A stretch of DNA of 64,000 nucleotides from Trichosphaerium sp. ATCC 40318. Its lineage: Eukaryota; Protista; Tubulinea. Each line of letters begins with the position of its first letter. Position 1 is the stretch's first letter. The stretch lies in NCBI GenBank assembly GCA_038496445.1, contig JALMLS010000131.1, positions 1 to 64,000 on the forward strand, in the 5' to 3' direction. Positions 12,052-24,600 of the stretch are shown in pieces. Made by a program: the position numbers and the translations under genes. The notes under the pieces are model-generated. The model ran no database searches. It had not been told where the DNA came from and saw only the letters and a program-made list of their open reading frames with translations.

Positions 12052-14317
12052 ATGCACCACACGTTTTTTTGTGCAGCAGTGTCGCTTTGTTCGTTTTTTG
12101 TTTTGTTGCATGCAGAAATAGCAGGCAAGTCATATTGCGAGCGCCACCGAAGCTAATCAAGCTGTGTAGATCCAGAAGTTTTGAATCATTGAGTACTTCC
12201 TTTTGCTGTGCAACTAAGTCTCGCACTTTATTGCTCCACGGAAACAAAGCACGTTGCTAACGCTGAGTAGATTTCGATGGATTCTTCGCTCAAGATATTG
12301 ATATAACGAGCGACGGACTTTTAGTTATTGCAACAGCGTCTGGCGTTGCTCTTCGTGGTTGTAGCTTATTGTTTATGGAATTAACCAACGGTACTCCAAT
12401 TGTAACACAAATCAAGTAACCGCCCTAAAAGGTACCATTCTACACAACCTTACAACATGGGAAGGTGGCGCATTTAGTGACAACCAGCCTCAGACCGTAC
12501 AAGTGGTAGCAAGTGGTAACATAATAACAGCGAAAACAACACCATCTGCAATAGTACGTACTCAAAAAGTGTCACCAGATTTTTCTTTAGAAAAAGGTGA
12601 TAACTTCCAAAAAGAAAAACTTTTTACTTGGGCGAGTAACCTTAGTCTATGGAAGTTTTATTCCTTCCATTAAATCTATAAAGACTAAGTAAAATTACAT
12701 TGATTAGAAGTGGTTATGCTCGTGACTTGCATTATCTTGTAAATAGCCTAACTTTGTTTAGACGATATTTAATTCGTCACGGGATCCTGTTCGAACACTT
12801 TCAGCGTCAGCTAATGGTATGTCAGTTTATAGTACTTTTTTTCCAATGTAGGAACCTAAATTTAATGTAGTGGCTCAAGCATGCCTACCTTTTCCAGAAG
12901 ACACAAGATTAAAAGCTTCAGATTATACATGGAAACAAGTAGCAATAAATTCTGAAGAAACACAAGTTGCCATCTCAATGAGGCTCGGGTTTATAGTTGT
13001 ATTGAGTATAGTGGATGGTACGTGCTGTTTTTATTTTTGTTTTGTAATAAACTGTCTTTCTGATGGATCCCCGTTTATTTTTAGACACATTTCTATATTG
13101 TATTCCACTTCCTGTTGAAGGACCTCAGGCTTTTAGAAGCATTATTGGTCAAGGTATTAATTTTGTAAGCAGTGAACTACTACTGGCTACAACATACACA
13201 ATATCAGATACAACTAGTGGTGGCGTTTATCTTTTAAATCACACTTGTGCGTGGCTTGTGCTTTTTTTCTAAAAGTTTTTCGATTCTTATAGATTATTAG
13301 CTGTAATTCGCGAAGTTGCTGCTCCAGAAAATGTTACTGATATTGACTACTTTCAAGTAAAGGTGTGGGGTGCCAATTTTGTAATTGGAGCATCTTCAAG
13401 GTATGGTTTACTTGAAAACGTTGCTGAAGGCAGTCTGATGTTCTTTGGAAACTGTACTGGAACATGCCAATCAGGTGTTGTTCTCCCAAGTGGTGCGAAC
13501 ACTACTTAGTTTATTGTTTCTTCGCAGATCTAATTGTGTAATAAAGGCGGGTTTGTTGCGGCCGTAGAAAACACAGTAGATGTATATTCACCACTAGTGC
13601 TGCCTCCCTCGACAGTTCCACCTACGACCATGGCACCTACCACAACAGCGGCGCCCACAACTATGGCGCCTGTAGACCCTAATTGTGAGATACCATCATG
13701 CGAAAATGTAACTATTACACATCGTGTTTTGAATTTAACACGTGCTGGTTTTGAAAGGTAAGATAAGATTGGTTTTTTTCTTTTGGTGTTAGTTAATTCT
13801 AGTTTTCTTCTTTAGGGACTGCAGTATTAGAAAATGTAACGTTTGTGCTTCCTACTAATATTATCAACGACCAAGCACCTATTGTGTTTGCAGACACTTG
13901 TCCTGATATTCGTAATCTGACAATAATTACTTCCGAAAATGATGGTGGAATGTACCCTGTTACTATAATCTCAGTACCTGATTTTTGTACTGATCTTGAT
14001 TTCACACAAATTAAGGTCGATGAAGACCTTTGCACTAGAACAGGCAAGTATACTTTAAGTGAATTACTGTTTATTTATTATTTTTTATTATCGTAGATAC
14101 CTCAAGGTTAGGTATAGTTAATATATTGCTTTCACAATGCTCTACTGAGTCAAGTATTTCAAATAGTATTCCTACATGGATGTGGATTGCTGGTATAGGT
14201 GATTTTGTGGCTATTATGGTGGCTGTTGTTTCATTTATGGCGTTGTACAAGAAAATGAGGAGGAAGAAACAGCTCGCTAGTAACTTCAATTTTCCTGTTG
14301 CAGTAGCTTCACAATAG
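12052..14317 (+). CDS. Type I membrane/cell-surface protein with P/T-rich stalk, multi-exon
   Basis: Signal peptide MHHTFFCAAVSLCSFFVLLHA, beta-rich ectodomain, PTTMAPTTT stalk, Cys-rich juxtamembrane part, TM followed by KKMRRKK. Confidence 0.65.
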
Positions 14318-14509
14318 TGTCAATTGAAACAGGTATTGTAAAAGGAATATAATAAAGCAATTAAATACATTTTTCAATGCTGACTTGTCAAAAATCAAAA
14401 AAAAAAAACCACGAGAATCGTGTTTTGTCTCAATGAATTACTCAGAACTGTTTACTCGCTCTGTTTTGTTTTCTTTCTTTGTTGAAGCCGCTTCTTGTCT
14501 ACTTTAAAA

Positions 14510-15899
14510 ATGCACCTACGCCAAAGAGATCGCGAGAATACAAGGGTACATTACAATAATAAACGGTACTCTGCTTGTCTTGAAAACGCAGAAAAAGTTC
14601 TGCGATACAAGCCACGAGACGTTATACAATGGTTTTATAAAGGTGAGTAGCAGTTGTTCAGGAATTGCTGATGTTCTTAAAGGTTTGTCTCTTTACTTCC
14701 TGAAGCAGTACGAAAGGTCTCTTGAGTGCTATGAGATAGTTCTTCGCCTAAACCCGGATGAAGTAAAAACCTATCAAGCGCTTACAAACAAAGGTGCTTG
14801 TCTCCGTCGGCTTCGCCGTTTCGAATCAGCTATAGAGTGCTACGGTACAATACACTTTTTTTTTAGATTTGTAGAATGTTGACATAGCCGATTATGATCC
14901 TAATACTTGGTTTGCTAGATCAGGCGATGGCACTACGGAAGCTATGTAAACAAAACTACACGCCTATGTACAATAAGGGTATTGCCTATGATAGTGCTAA
15001 GAAGTATAAAGAAGCAATCAAATGCTATGATCACTGCCTACAATATGCACCAAACGACTACGAGGCTTTAACCAATAAGGTGTGTTTTATTTTTCAGTAG
15101 GTGCAAACAACAAACTCAATTACGCTACAGGGCGATGCGCTTGATGAACTTGGTCAGCATGAAGAAGCTATTAACATGTATCTACATGCGCTGAGACTAA
15201 ACAAATCTTACGCAAAGGCATCAAGACACTTACGAATCGCTATGAATCACTACAGGGGATCAGGTTAGCATGATTGTGTTTTTTGTAGAGTAGTTTTAAA
15301 ACAGAAACGCGTAAAGCTCACTTTTTACTCAGCACCACTTACGCGACTATGCGAGGTTGTACTAGTGAATAAGGTTGTGGGTATTTCTACAGCTGTAAAA
15401 TGCTACCAGATAGCTTCTATTGTCAATGTAGAAGAATTAAAGAAAGCGAGTTTGTCGTTCATTTTAAAGAACTATGACGCTTGTTTACAATCTATTCCAG
15501 TTACGTCCTATTAACGCATAAGCGCCTGTAGCTTACTTTTTCCGAAGAGTAATTTTAAACTACGATATCACGAAGCAACTCAATTGTATAACATAGTAGA
15601 GAACATCGCAAATGCGCAAGGTACCAACGTAGTTATTTCGTTCGTTCGCATTTTACGCTTTGTTTTTTCTTACTTTTTTCTTATTCTTTGTACTAGCTTC
15701 TAATAATATTGTTTGTACTCTTTGCAATATGGATGAACTACATAAAGATAAGCGGCATATCTGTACATTATGCAAAAGACATACATGCAAAGGTTGCCGT
15801 TATTCCAAAGCATCTCGCGTGTTTTGTAACAGTTGTATTGTTATTTGGACACCAATTGAAGAATACACCAGGATTCTAGAACAGAAGTCCTGTGAATAA
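14510..15899 (+). CDS. TPR-repeat protein with BACK-like helices and C-terminal FYVE-like Zn finger
   Basis: TPRs (ALTNKG...AIECY), LTRLCEVVL...LKKASLSFILKNY, and CTLC...RHICTLCKRHTCKGC...VFCNSC. Start uncertain. Confidence 0.7.
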
Positions 15900-16083
15900 A
15901 ATGTTAGAACCAGTTTGATGAATAAAACGCTTCCGGTGCAAACTATAGTTTTGAAGCACAAAATCTAAGTTGAGGTACCTTAGGAACAGTGCAACCACCA
16001 AGAGAAGTTTACCAAATACGGCAACTAAACGAGCAAATATGGTTAAAACCTGAAAAGTAGTTCATTTATTGTACTTGCATCCA

Positions 16084-16728
16084 ATGAAGCTCTTAATAGC
16101 CCTTGTATCTCTTATAGTGTTAGTACACGCACGCTTGTGTACGGTACCCGTTCCTTGCAAGGCTATGACCGTAGGAAGAGACGGGTACCTGTGGAGGACT
16201 CAGTACTTATACAACTGCGCTCATTGCGAAAGTGCAAACGTCAAGTGCAAGAACTCTGCCCTCGTTCCTATTCGCAACGGAAAAACGACAATCTACAGGC
16301 GCGAATGCGTGGTAATGGGAATAAAGTACAATCAGCGACTTCTGGCCGCACCAAAAACAGATTATGCAGATGTTGATTTTAGCAGGCGTGTATCATGCCT
16401 AAAAGCGTCTAACATTGCATCGAGGCAGATAAAGAACGATCTAAGGCTTTTCGGTCCTCACAAAGATAAAATGCTTTGTTTCAACCCGTTCAACGAGGAA
16501 GTACTCCCTTCTTTGGTAGATAGCAAATACAATACAGATAGATTGGTATTAAATATTATGGTTAACAGGAACACTTGCATAAGAAATTACTATCCATTAG
16601 ATGGTGATCTTGTTGTCTGTAATGTTCCTGGAAGAACAACCTCTACACCTAACCATAAAAAGTCTCGAGGTAGTTCCTATAGAACTAATCACTTTAGAAG
16701 TGTTTTTCGGAACATGAGATTCAAATAA
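16084..16728 (+). CDS. Intronless secreted Cys-rich basic protein, unknown function
   Basis: Single ORF, signal peptide MKLLIALVSLIVLVHA, about 10 Cys. Confidence 0.65.
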   Translation: MKLLIALVSLIVLVHARLCTVPVPCKAMTVGRDGYLWRTQYLYNCAHCESANVKCKNSALVPIRNGKTTIYRRECVVMGIKYNQRLLAAPKTDYADVDFSRRVSCLKASNIASRQIKNDLRLFGPHKDKMLCFNPFNEEVLPSLVDSKYNTDRLVLNIMVNRNTCIRNYYPLDGDLVVCNVPGRTTSTPNHKKSRGSSYRTNHFRSVFRNMRFK

Positions 16729-16780
16729 GAATGCACGTGTTTTAAATAAACGAACATTTGTTTTCCTTGTCCTAGTAGAT

Positions 16781-17583
16781 TCAACAAAAATATATCAAAG
16801 TCATTTTCAAATCATAATACTGTTTGCTGTCTCCTTTTGTTTTATCGTAACTTTGCAGAAAACAATCTCGATAGTAGTACTACACCACACTGTTCAAAGA
16901 CCGCTGTTTATACTACTACGTTTTACAGCTCTAGGTTAAAGTATCCTTGGATCTCCCTACAGTTTACCATCTTCCGTGGTTACAACAACACTGTAACCTT
17001 TTATATTTCCTCCAATCGTAGCGTTGCTATAGTGCCCTTGATATTTAATACAAAATCCGTTACAGTTCCGCTTAATTGGGCCATACTTAAGGTATAGGTG
17101 ACCGTTTGATCCCACGTATTGAGAAGCAGTCGCGCCTAGTAATAAATTCATAAGACAGACATAAAAAGCATGTTTAACGAACCGGCAATTTGGTTGTACT
17201 GTACAACCTTTGGCATTTGAATTGGCTCATTAGGTCGGAACATATAACCACACCACGCAACGTCCATTGGCTGTTATTGCTAATGAGAACAAAAAAGTAT
17301 CAAAAACTCATAACGCACTTCTCCAACACCATAAGAATACCCATCAAGGCGATATTTATACATAACACCACATCCTGTAAAGAATTAGGGATGACAAAAA
17401 ACTTTCAGGATAAACCTGTTGTACCAGCTACTAAAGGGTACATATGTGGTAATAACGTTGTGCCCAGTCAAATCCTTGCGTTGGTGGATCACCACTTGCA
17501 GTTCCCTCACTGTGGTGATTGTAGCACAATACGATTGTCTCTGCGTAGAATGTATCAGTGTAGAGAGCGCCAGATGCTGCCAT
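16781..17583 (-). CDS. Hypothetical Gly/Tyr-rich protein, multi-exon
   Basis: Spliceable exons MAASGALYTDTFYAE..., SQWTLRGGYMFRP, GHLYLKYGPIKRNCNGFC. No family recognised. Confidence 0.45.
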
Positions 17584-17995
17584 TAGTGAAAGAGTAAGCG
17601 ATGTTTACAGCTGTTGACCAAAATATTAGTTCCTAAGGAACTTGAGATAGTGCCTAATACATTGTATCCTCACGTGTTAAAGTATTACGCTTCATACTTG
17701 CCCTATCGATAGGTAGGTAGACTTTGATTTGAATCATGACTACTTTTTCAATGACCCCACTAGAGTATGCAGTATTTATTATAGTTCGTGATGCTAATTG
17801 AGCAAGTGATTTTTAGCCAGGTCTTATGAATAGCAAAAGCATTAAATGACCGAACACGTGTTCAGCTACGATCTTTCTTCTCAACACCTTAATGGAGCAA
17901 CCAAGGCTTTAAAGTATTACAGAGTTTAATATTGTGCGTGAGTGTTTACGCAAGTAAGTTAAAGAACTTTTATCATTGATAACGGAGCTTATGTT

Positions 17996-19580
17996 TTACA
18001 TTTTGTTTCTTTTTTTGAAGTTTTTATCATTCTTGTTTTTCGTCGGAGTGTGGTTCCATTTTTGTCTCACCTCTGCATACTATTGACTCATTAACATTGT
18101 ATAAGTATTTATATGTATGTTACTTACCCATGCTTTCTGTTCATTACCGAGTGTAGACTCACGTTTCATAAAAGAGTACATTTCTTCTAAAAATGAAGAA
18201 TCTTTTTCAACCAATAAGTTACAATAAGTTTCAATCCTTTCTCTATCATATAGCCTTTCTTTTGGTATCCAAGCATGTCCAAAACGCGCACCAAGTACGC
18301 TACCACAAATAGCAGCAACAGTATCAGTGTCATACCTACACAATTGGTTGGAAAAGACAAATAAACCCGAAAAAAATGATGAAAAAGCTTAAAATGTACC
18401 CCAAAAGAACTATTTCTCTGAGTATTTCTTGTGGTTCAATATCATCTAATAATGCCATAATAACACCATGGCATCCGCCTAGAATAGCGAAGCCTTGATT
18501 ACAATGACATACTGTAAACCTTGAGTATTTCTTTCCATTTTCAGACAAGAATTTCCTAATTGCCGATCTGTCACTCATCAACTTCGGTTTATTGAATACA
18601 GCAGCCAAAGTATCACTCACTAATATCCATCCATTAGCAACAAAAGCATACAATCAAAGCAAATAGTAAGCATTAACTTACCTATATGAGCATCTTTTCT
18701 ATCAACCTCCCAAGCCTTCTTTTCATCAGACACCCAACGTTTTTCTTCTTCACGAACAACACCTGAAATCTTAGTTCGAATTTCAGCTACACTATCTCCA
18801 TTTACAAAGCAATAAACAGCGTAAGCTGTTGCTATATATAAACGTAAGTATGTATCAATACATTAGAGCTCTAATAGATGGTACCAAAAGCAATTGAAGC
18901 AGCAGTAATAGATCCATGTGTCATCAATGTAGATTCATAACAAACAGTCTTTAACAAATCGAGGTTATCAGCATAAACAGCGCCTATAGGTCCAATACGC
19001 ATAGCAGCACCCATTCCACTTGAATCACTACCAGATTTCTCAGGAGGTGATTTACGTTTTAAAGCCTTGACAGCCTGTGAGAAGTTTCTACCAAATCCTC
19101 TCCAAGCACTATTATTGCAACAAAATTAGGCCAATGTTTTACACTAGTTCACGTGCTTTGTACGCATTCCCTCGGTGAGCCACTTAGTCCATGCTGCAGT
19201 AGACCATTCTGGTTGCCTCATGCAACAGTTTATAAGCGCCATAGCTTGTTGAGTGTCGTCTGAGTGGTAACTTTAATAAAAGTGTCAATTCATTAGGTGC
19301 ATCGGCCTGTACGTACCCAAGAGGTCTCATTTTTTTAAAAAATCGGCTTTTTATGTTCTTTGAGTACGTTTGAGCTTTTTCAAAGTCAAAAGCCTCTGGA
19401 AACTCTCTGTACTCTCCAAATACGTGTTTAATATTGTTTTGACGCCATCCTTCCATAGGACAGCCGAAAACATCTGCGTGTTGTTATTTTTATGTTAAAA
19501 GTCTTTATAATACCTCCCCAAGCTAATCCCCATAGGCTGCCTGCAATTTTATCTTCTTTAGAAACCTGAGGAGCTGCCAT
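17996..19580 (-). CDS. ADP-ribosylglycohydrolase (ARH/DraG family)
   Basis: GSLWGLAWGDVFGCPME, SDDTQQ, SSGMGAAMRIGPIG, DTDTVAAICGSVLGA. Confidence 0.9.
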
Positions 19581-20148
19581 TGTAACGACTTTCAAATAAT
19601 AGCCTCTTAGCAAGACAATCGTTCACAGAACTCATACAGGAAATATCTACGATATTTATCGCTTTAGTACTACTCTTTTCTTTGGACTTGCCAACGAAGA
19701 ATGCTCACTAAATGTACTGGCCGTGCATACACTTACGGTGTTACACGTGCTTTTTTTCGTTGAAATTAGAATTGCAAAATACACAGTTTACTACTACTAT
19801 TGCATTCACTGTCCATCTCCGTTTGCAAAAAAAACAAAGTGTATAAACTAGATATATTTTATCTCACAAGCATTGCAGGGAATTAGCCTAGAATAGTTAC
19901 ATCTCGTCTCCTTTGTGGACAACAACTACTTGTCGCACAAGCGTTATCAAAAAAGATAGACAAGCTATCAACGGAACTCTTGTAGAAGTCAACATAACCT
20001 CAAAACAATTGATAGACTCATGTGAATTTAGCATAACCTTCCTTAGAGTCCGTATATAAAACACATACATACAACAGTAATCTTTGTTTTATATTGGTTT
20101 TTTTACATTTGCGGTTTTTGTTGGTTGTTTTCTTGGGTTTTTTTTTGA

Positions 20149-21601
20149 TTAAATATCTACAGCAAGAAACAAAAATAGTACAATAAAGAGTATAGATACA
20201 ACAAAAAACATTCCTAGTATAATAACTGGTAAATACTCATCGCATACATCATCATCAACACTTTTTCCTCTTTTTTGTGCGCGTATAATTGCTGCAGCAG
20301 GTAACTCTCCAAGCTAATAAAAAACGTCAAAAAAAAAGAAAAGAAGAATTGGAAAAAAGTTTTTTTGTACAACCAAAATCCGTCAATGCATACGTATTCA
20401 TTAAAAGCTTGTGGAGGTGCAATGGCACGATCATTATGACTCAAACCTCTCCAATCATAATTAGAAGCTGCCAGATCATTTGCAATACGTGCAACTAAAG
20501 GAATAGTATCCCTTGTAGGTTGTGTTCCTCCTGAAACACAATCCAAAAATAACTCGATTCTAAACACGTGCATTTTTAGTTGATTGAATTTAAACTAAAT
20601 TATCATCCTTAGTAATGAAACGTACTTGTCTTCCATCCATCTCCAATATTGTTTAGATCTATATACACGCCAAACTTTAACTGTTTCAGACGAAGCAAAA
20701 AAGCAAACAAAATCACAAATGTTGACGTCCAAAACTTCTAAACAAGATCTTGTTAGCATGCCTATTAATGCGTATCAATTTACTACTAACCCATTTGCCT
20801 ATATGAAAATAAGTTATAGGAACATAAATAAAAAGGTTTGAAGCGAAAGAATTAACACCAGTCCGAGCTATGAACACAAACGTGTCTGGTGATTTCTGCA
20901 ATAATTTTTCATTGAAAATCTTGTATTTTTTTTTGATTGAAGAAAACTCAATGACAACGCACAGCTGCATCTGTGCCATGTACTCTGGAGGTATCACATT
21001 CCATTGACGCCTTAGAGGACACTTTATTTCTACAATAGCTCCGTTGTAGTTTGCCTCAGGATGTTGAGAAACAAAACCATCAGGTGTTGCACCTATTTCT
21101 TCGTTATTAGTTGATATTATCTATTTAAAACGTTTCCACAGTGACAAACAATGATGCGTTAATGAGTACGTTACCTAATTGGTTTGCCCAGCGTCCTTCA
21201 TGCCAACAGAAATCACCTTCACGTATATTTACTTTTAGTTTGTACGCATACCTATAACGACGTTCATATTACTCAATTCTCGTACTTCTGTACTCACCAT
21301 GCGCGTACGAGGCCTTCATATTTATGGCCGTGCTGTATTGCTTCACTTGTTACTTTATCACGCGTTACTTTTCCTACTTTAACCTCCCACAAGCTGTAGT
21401 AGTTAAAACAAGAAGCTGTTAATTACACTTACCTCTTTGGTGACGCGTATAGAGATAAACCGACGGCAGCGGCTACTTCTGATGCAGTTAGGTGGTTTCC
21501 AGGACTTAATACAATCAGTAAACGAAACAGTTACGCGTTTTGTACCTACTATGTATTCTAGCCCATTCCTCAGATGAGGCGCTTAGTCCCTTACGTGCCA
21601 T
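20149..21601 (-). CDS. YqaJ/lambda-exonuclease family nuclease with C-terminal transmembrane segment, multi-exon
   Basis: SEEW, LTASEVAAAVG, HGHKYE, IGATPDG, VEIKCP, PPEYMAQMQ. Phase-0 last exon ends LPVIILGMFFVVSILFIVLFLFLAVDI*. Confidence 0.82.
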
Positions 21602-21696
21602 TGCTACTACGTGGTATTGCTTCGAATAAGTGATGGGTGACCGAGAATTCGCGCGTTGACTTTTTCTATGCTCAGAAATGTCTAAAGTCATGTAAT

Positions 21697-24600
21697 ATGG
21701 CAACCACTGATACAAAAACACGCGTACACTCGCATCTAGAGTTCTTACTGAACCCTGAGTTGCTTGATAAGCATGTACGTCAAACTTTTTTTTTTCAAAC
21801 GTTTAAATTGGTTAATTGTACTTATTTTTAATAGATTGAGCGACTGAAAGACGGCACAGAAAAGTTTCCAACGTGTATTGATTTAATCAAAGTATTTTTG
21901 AAAGAAGAGAATAAATGTATCGCAAAACAGAATTATCAGCGTTCTTTTGCATTTGCAAAGCTTGCAGCCACTGTACAAAACTTATGTAGGAAAATACACT
22001 AAAAGCTTTAAAATAGGTACCAACAAGCTATGGAATGGATCTAGAGTCCATAGAGAAACAAATACCAAGCAAATTCCAACGACAACTTCTTGGTGACATT
22101 GTACATTCGTTTGCGGATCAACCGTACGTCAAACCATACTTTCAGGCGTAATTACGGTAGTCTGCATTCAATTCAACTACATCGGTGGGTCGTGAGACGC
22201 GTTTTAAACCAAGACGATGCCAAGACAATCTGGCCACCTAAGGTACACTAAAACCGCAATGGCTTTTTGTTAATAACGTTCTTTAACGAAACCCTGATTT
22301 TGAACTTGAAACGTTTTAAACTGACGGATTTGAAGGGAGAACCAACAGGTAAACAGCTACCTCTTAAGAACACTATAGATGAACTTGAAGAATGGGTCAA
22401 CAAAGACGAGAAGGTAAGAAAACAAGCTTTTAGCTTGTTCGCTTGCAACATTTTTTTAAACAATCGGATTCTTTAGAAAACAGGCAATGCTCTGAATGTG
22501 TTAGTGGATGTATTGATAGAACTTGGTGAATACTTTCTAGTAAAGCCATCACCTGATCCTGAGAAGGCACTCACTTTCTTGAAAAAGTGCAAGAGTGTGA
22601 TATCAAGTGAAAAGTAAGTTCTTTTTTGCATTTGACTTTTTTTTTGTGCTGACTTGTCATTGAAGTGCTGATAAAATATTACGACTTGATGCTATGATTT
22701 TTGCTTGTGAGAGTGTTAGTAACCCTGATATGGATCTTGGAGATGAGTATGCGCTTGTTATTGATAATACCATCGAGGAATTGAAAACAAGCAACATGCA
22801 TACACTTGAATCTTTGCAAATCAAATTATTTCAAACGCTTCTTGATGATAACCTTGTTGGTAAACTCAATATTCCGTATAGAACATCTCTAGTAGATGTA
22901 CCAACACTTGAATCTATTAAAATGGATGTGGCTGTTGCTAATATCATACATGCAACGCTAAGAAACGGTGAGAAAATTACTTTTTTTGTTTTGCTTTTTC
23001 TTTAAGAAAACCTTTGATTGCAGAATATTTATCTTGTATAGAAACTGAGCGCTATTATGGTGAGATCATTGACCTTGGCCTATTTGGCTTTCATAAGCTT
23101 TGTAAGGCGTGTGTTGAAACACTACAGCGAGTAAAGAGTGTAAAAGATTCGAAATACACATATGATCAGCTTGTCCCATTGTTGAGGTACTTGATGAACT
23201 GACCTACTATTTACACCTTTGAATCATACTTAAAATTATGTAGGACACTCCTAAGTAGTGTTTGCAAAGCATATGATGTTCCAGACATGTGGGAAGCGCT
23301 CATTCGAGGTACTTTTTTTTTTGATTAGAAATCAAATGTTTCAAATGTCTTGGGCTCCATTATGTCTTTTTAACTAAATACGTAATTAGTTGGTGTCCCT
23401 CTATCACTGGATGAAGATAAAATATCTCATGCTAAGTCTAAGGAGATACAAGATATGTTTAAAAAGGTTCAATGACTTTTAGTGCTTTCTTCGTCTATAT
23501 GACTTCTAACTCAGTGCTAAGGACAATAACGTGAAGAAGAGTTCTTTGGCGTCTTCTAATCATGTAAGATAGTTGTATTTTGTGGATGCAGTTCTAATAC
23601 TTGTTGCTTTCTTTTAGCTGTTGAACATGTTAAAAACTGATGACCCAGAACAAATTAGTAGTAGCTTTGATGCTATTGTAGCGGAAAACAAAGGACTTAA
23701 TGTGTTCTTACAACATGTAAAGAAGGTACCAATGAAGTAATGTATTTATGTTGTGACTAATACCCACTTTTTTTAAAAGGATGCTTCAGGTGTTAAAACA
23801 AAACTTCTAACACAACGTGCAAGATCCTTTTTGATGCAGGTTAGTAATGGAAAAAATTTAGTTGGGTTTTCTTTGTTTTCTTTCTTGCTTCTTTGGTTCT
23901 AATGTATTGTTACTTTAGAGTAAATATCAAGAAGCAGAGAATGTGTATACCTATTTAAAGGATGAAGGAAACTCAGAATGCGCTTGGGGTCGTGTTGTGT
24001 TGGCTATAATGAAGTCTAAAGGTCAAAATATTTCAGACTTAATTACCAATGTACTTAACCAAGTTGTTGGGAATCAAGGTATCTTCCCACCTGATCTATT
24101 TTACCTTGTACGTTTATTTATACAATTGCATTATTTCTTACTAATTTTAATCGTACAGGAGGAAGTATATGGCTTTCTCTTGAATAACAGCATGGTTAAC
24201 GAGATGACTATGCTTTCTGATGGTATGCAAAATGCTGTCCAGAAAGCTTCCTTTGTAGTCCCTTTGGCAGGTACACAGTGTTCTATCTTTGTCACCTCAG
24301 TCACTTACTATTAAGTATAGGTAAAATCACACAACTTGGTAAGCTTTGTGTTGCTATTGGAAGGATGGTTGATTTAGAGAAAGATTACATTCAAAATTCA
24401 GGTTTGTTTAAAAAAAAAGTTTCACTCCAAAAGTTTGATGTCTTTATTCGTTTGTAGATAAGATGACAGATAGTAATGATGATCCAGCCGAAGCTAATGT
24501 AAAGAGTATATCTAAAGTATTATCAGATTTTCTTAGTATAGTTCTTGCATCGCCGCAAAGTAATGGTGCTTTCGATGTACGTTGTTTCCTCTTTTTTTCC

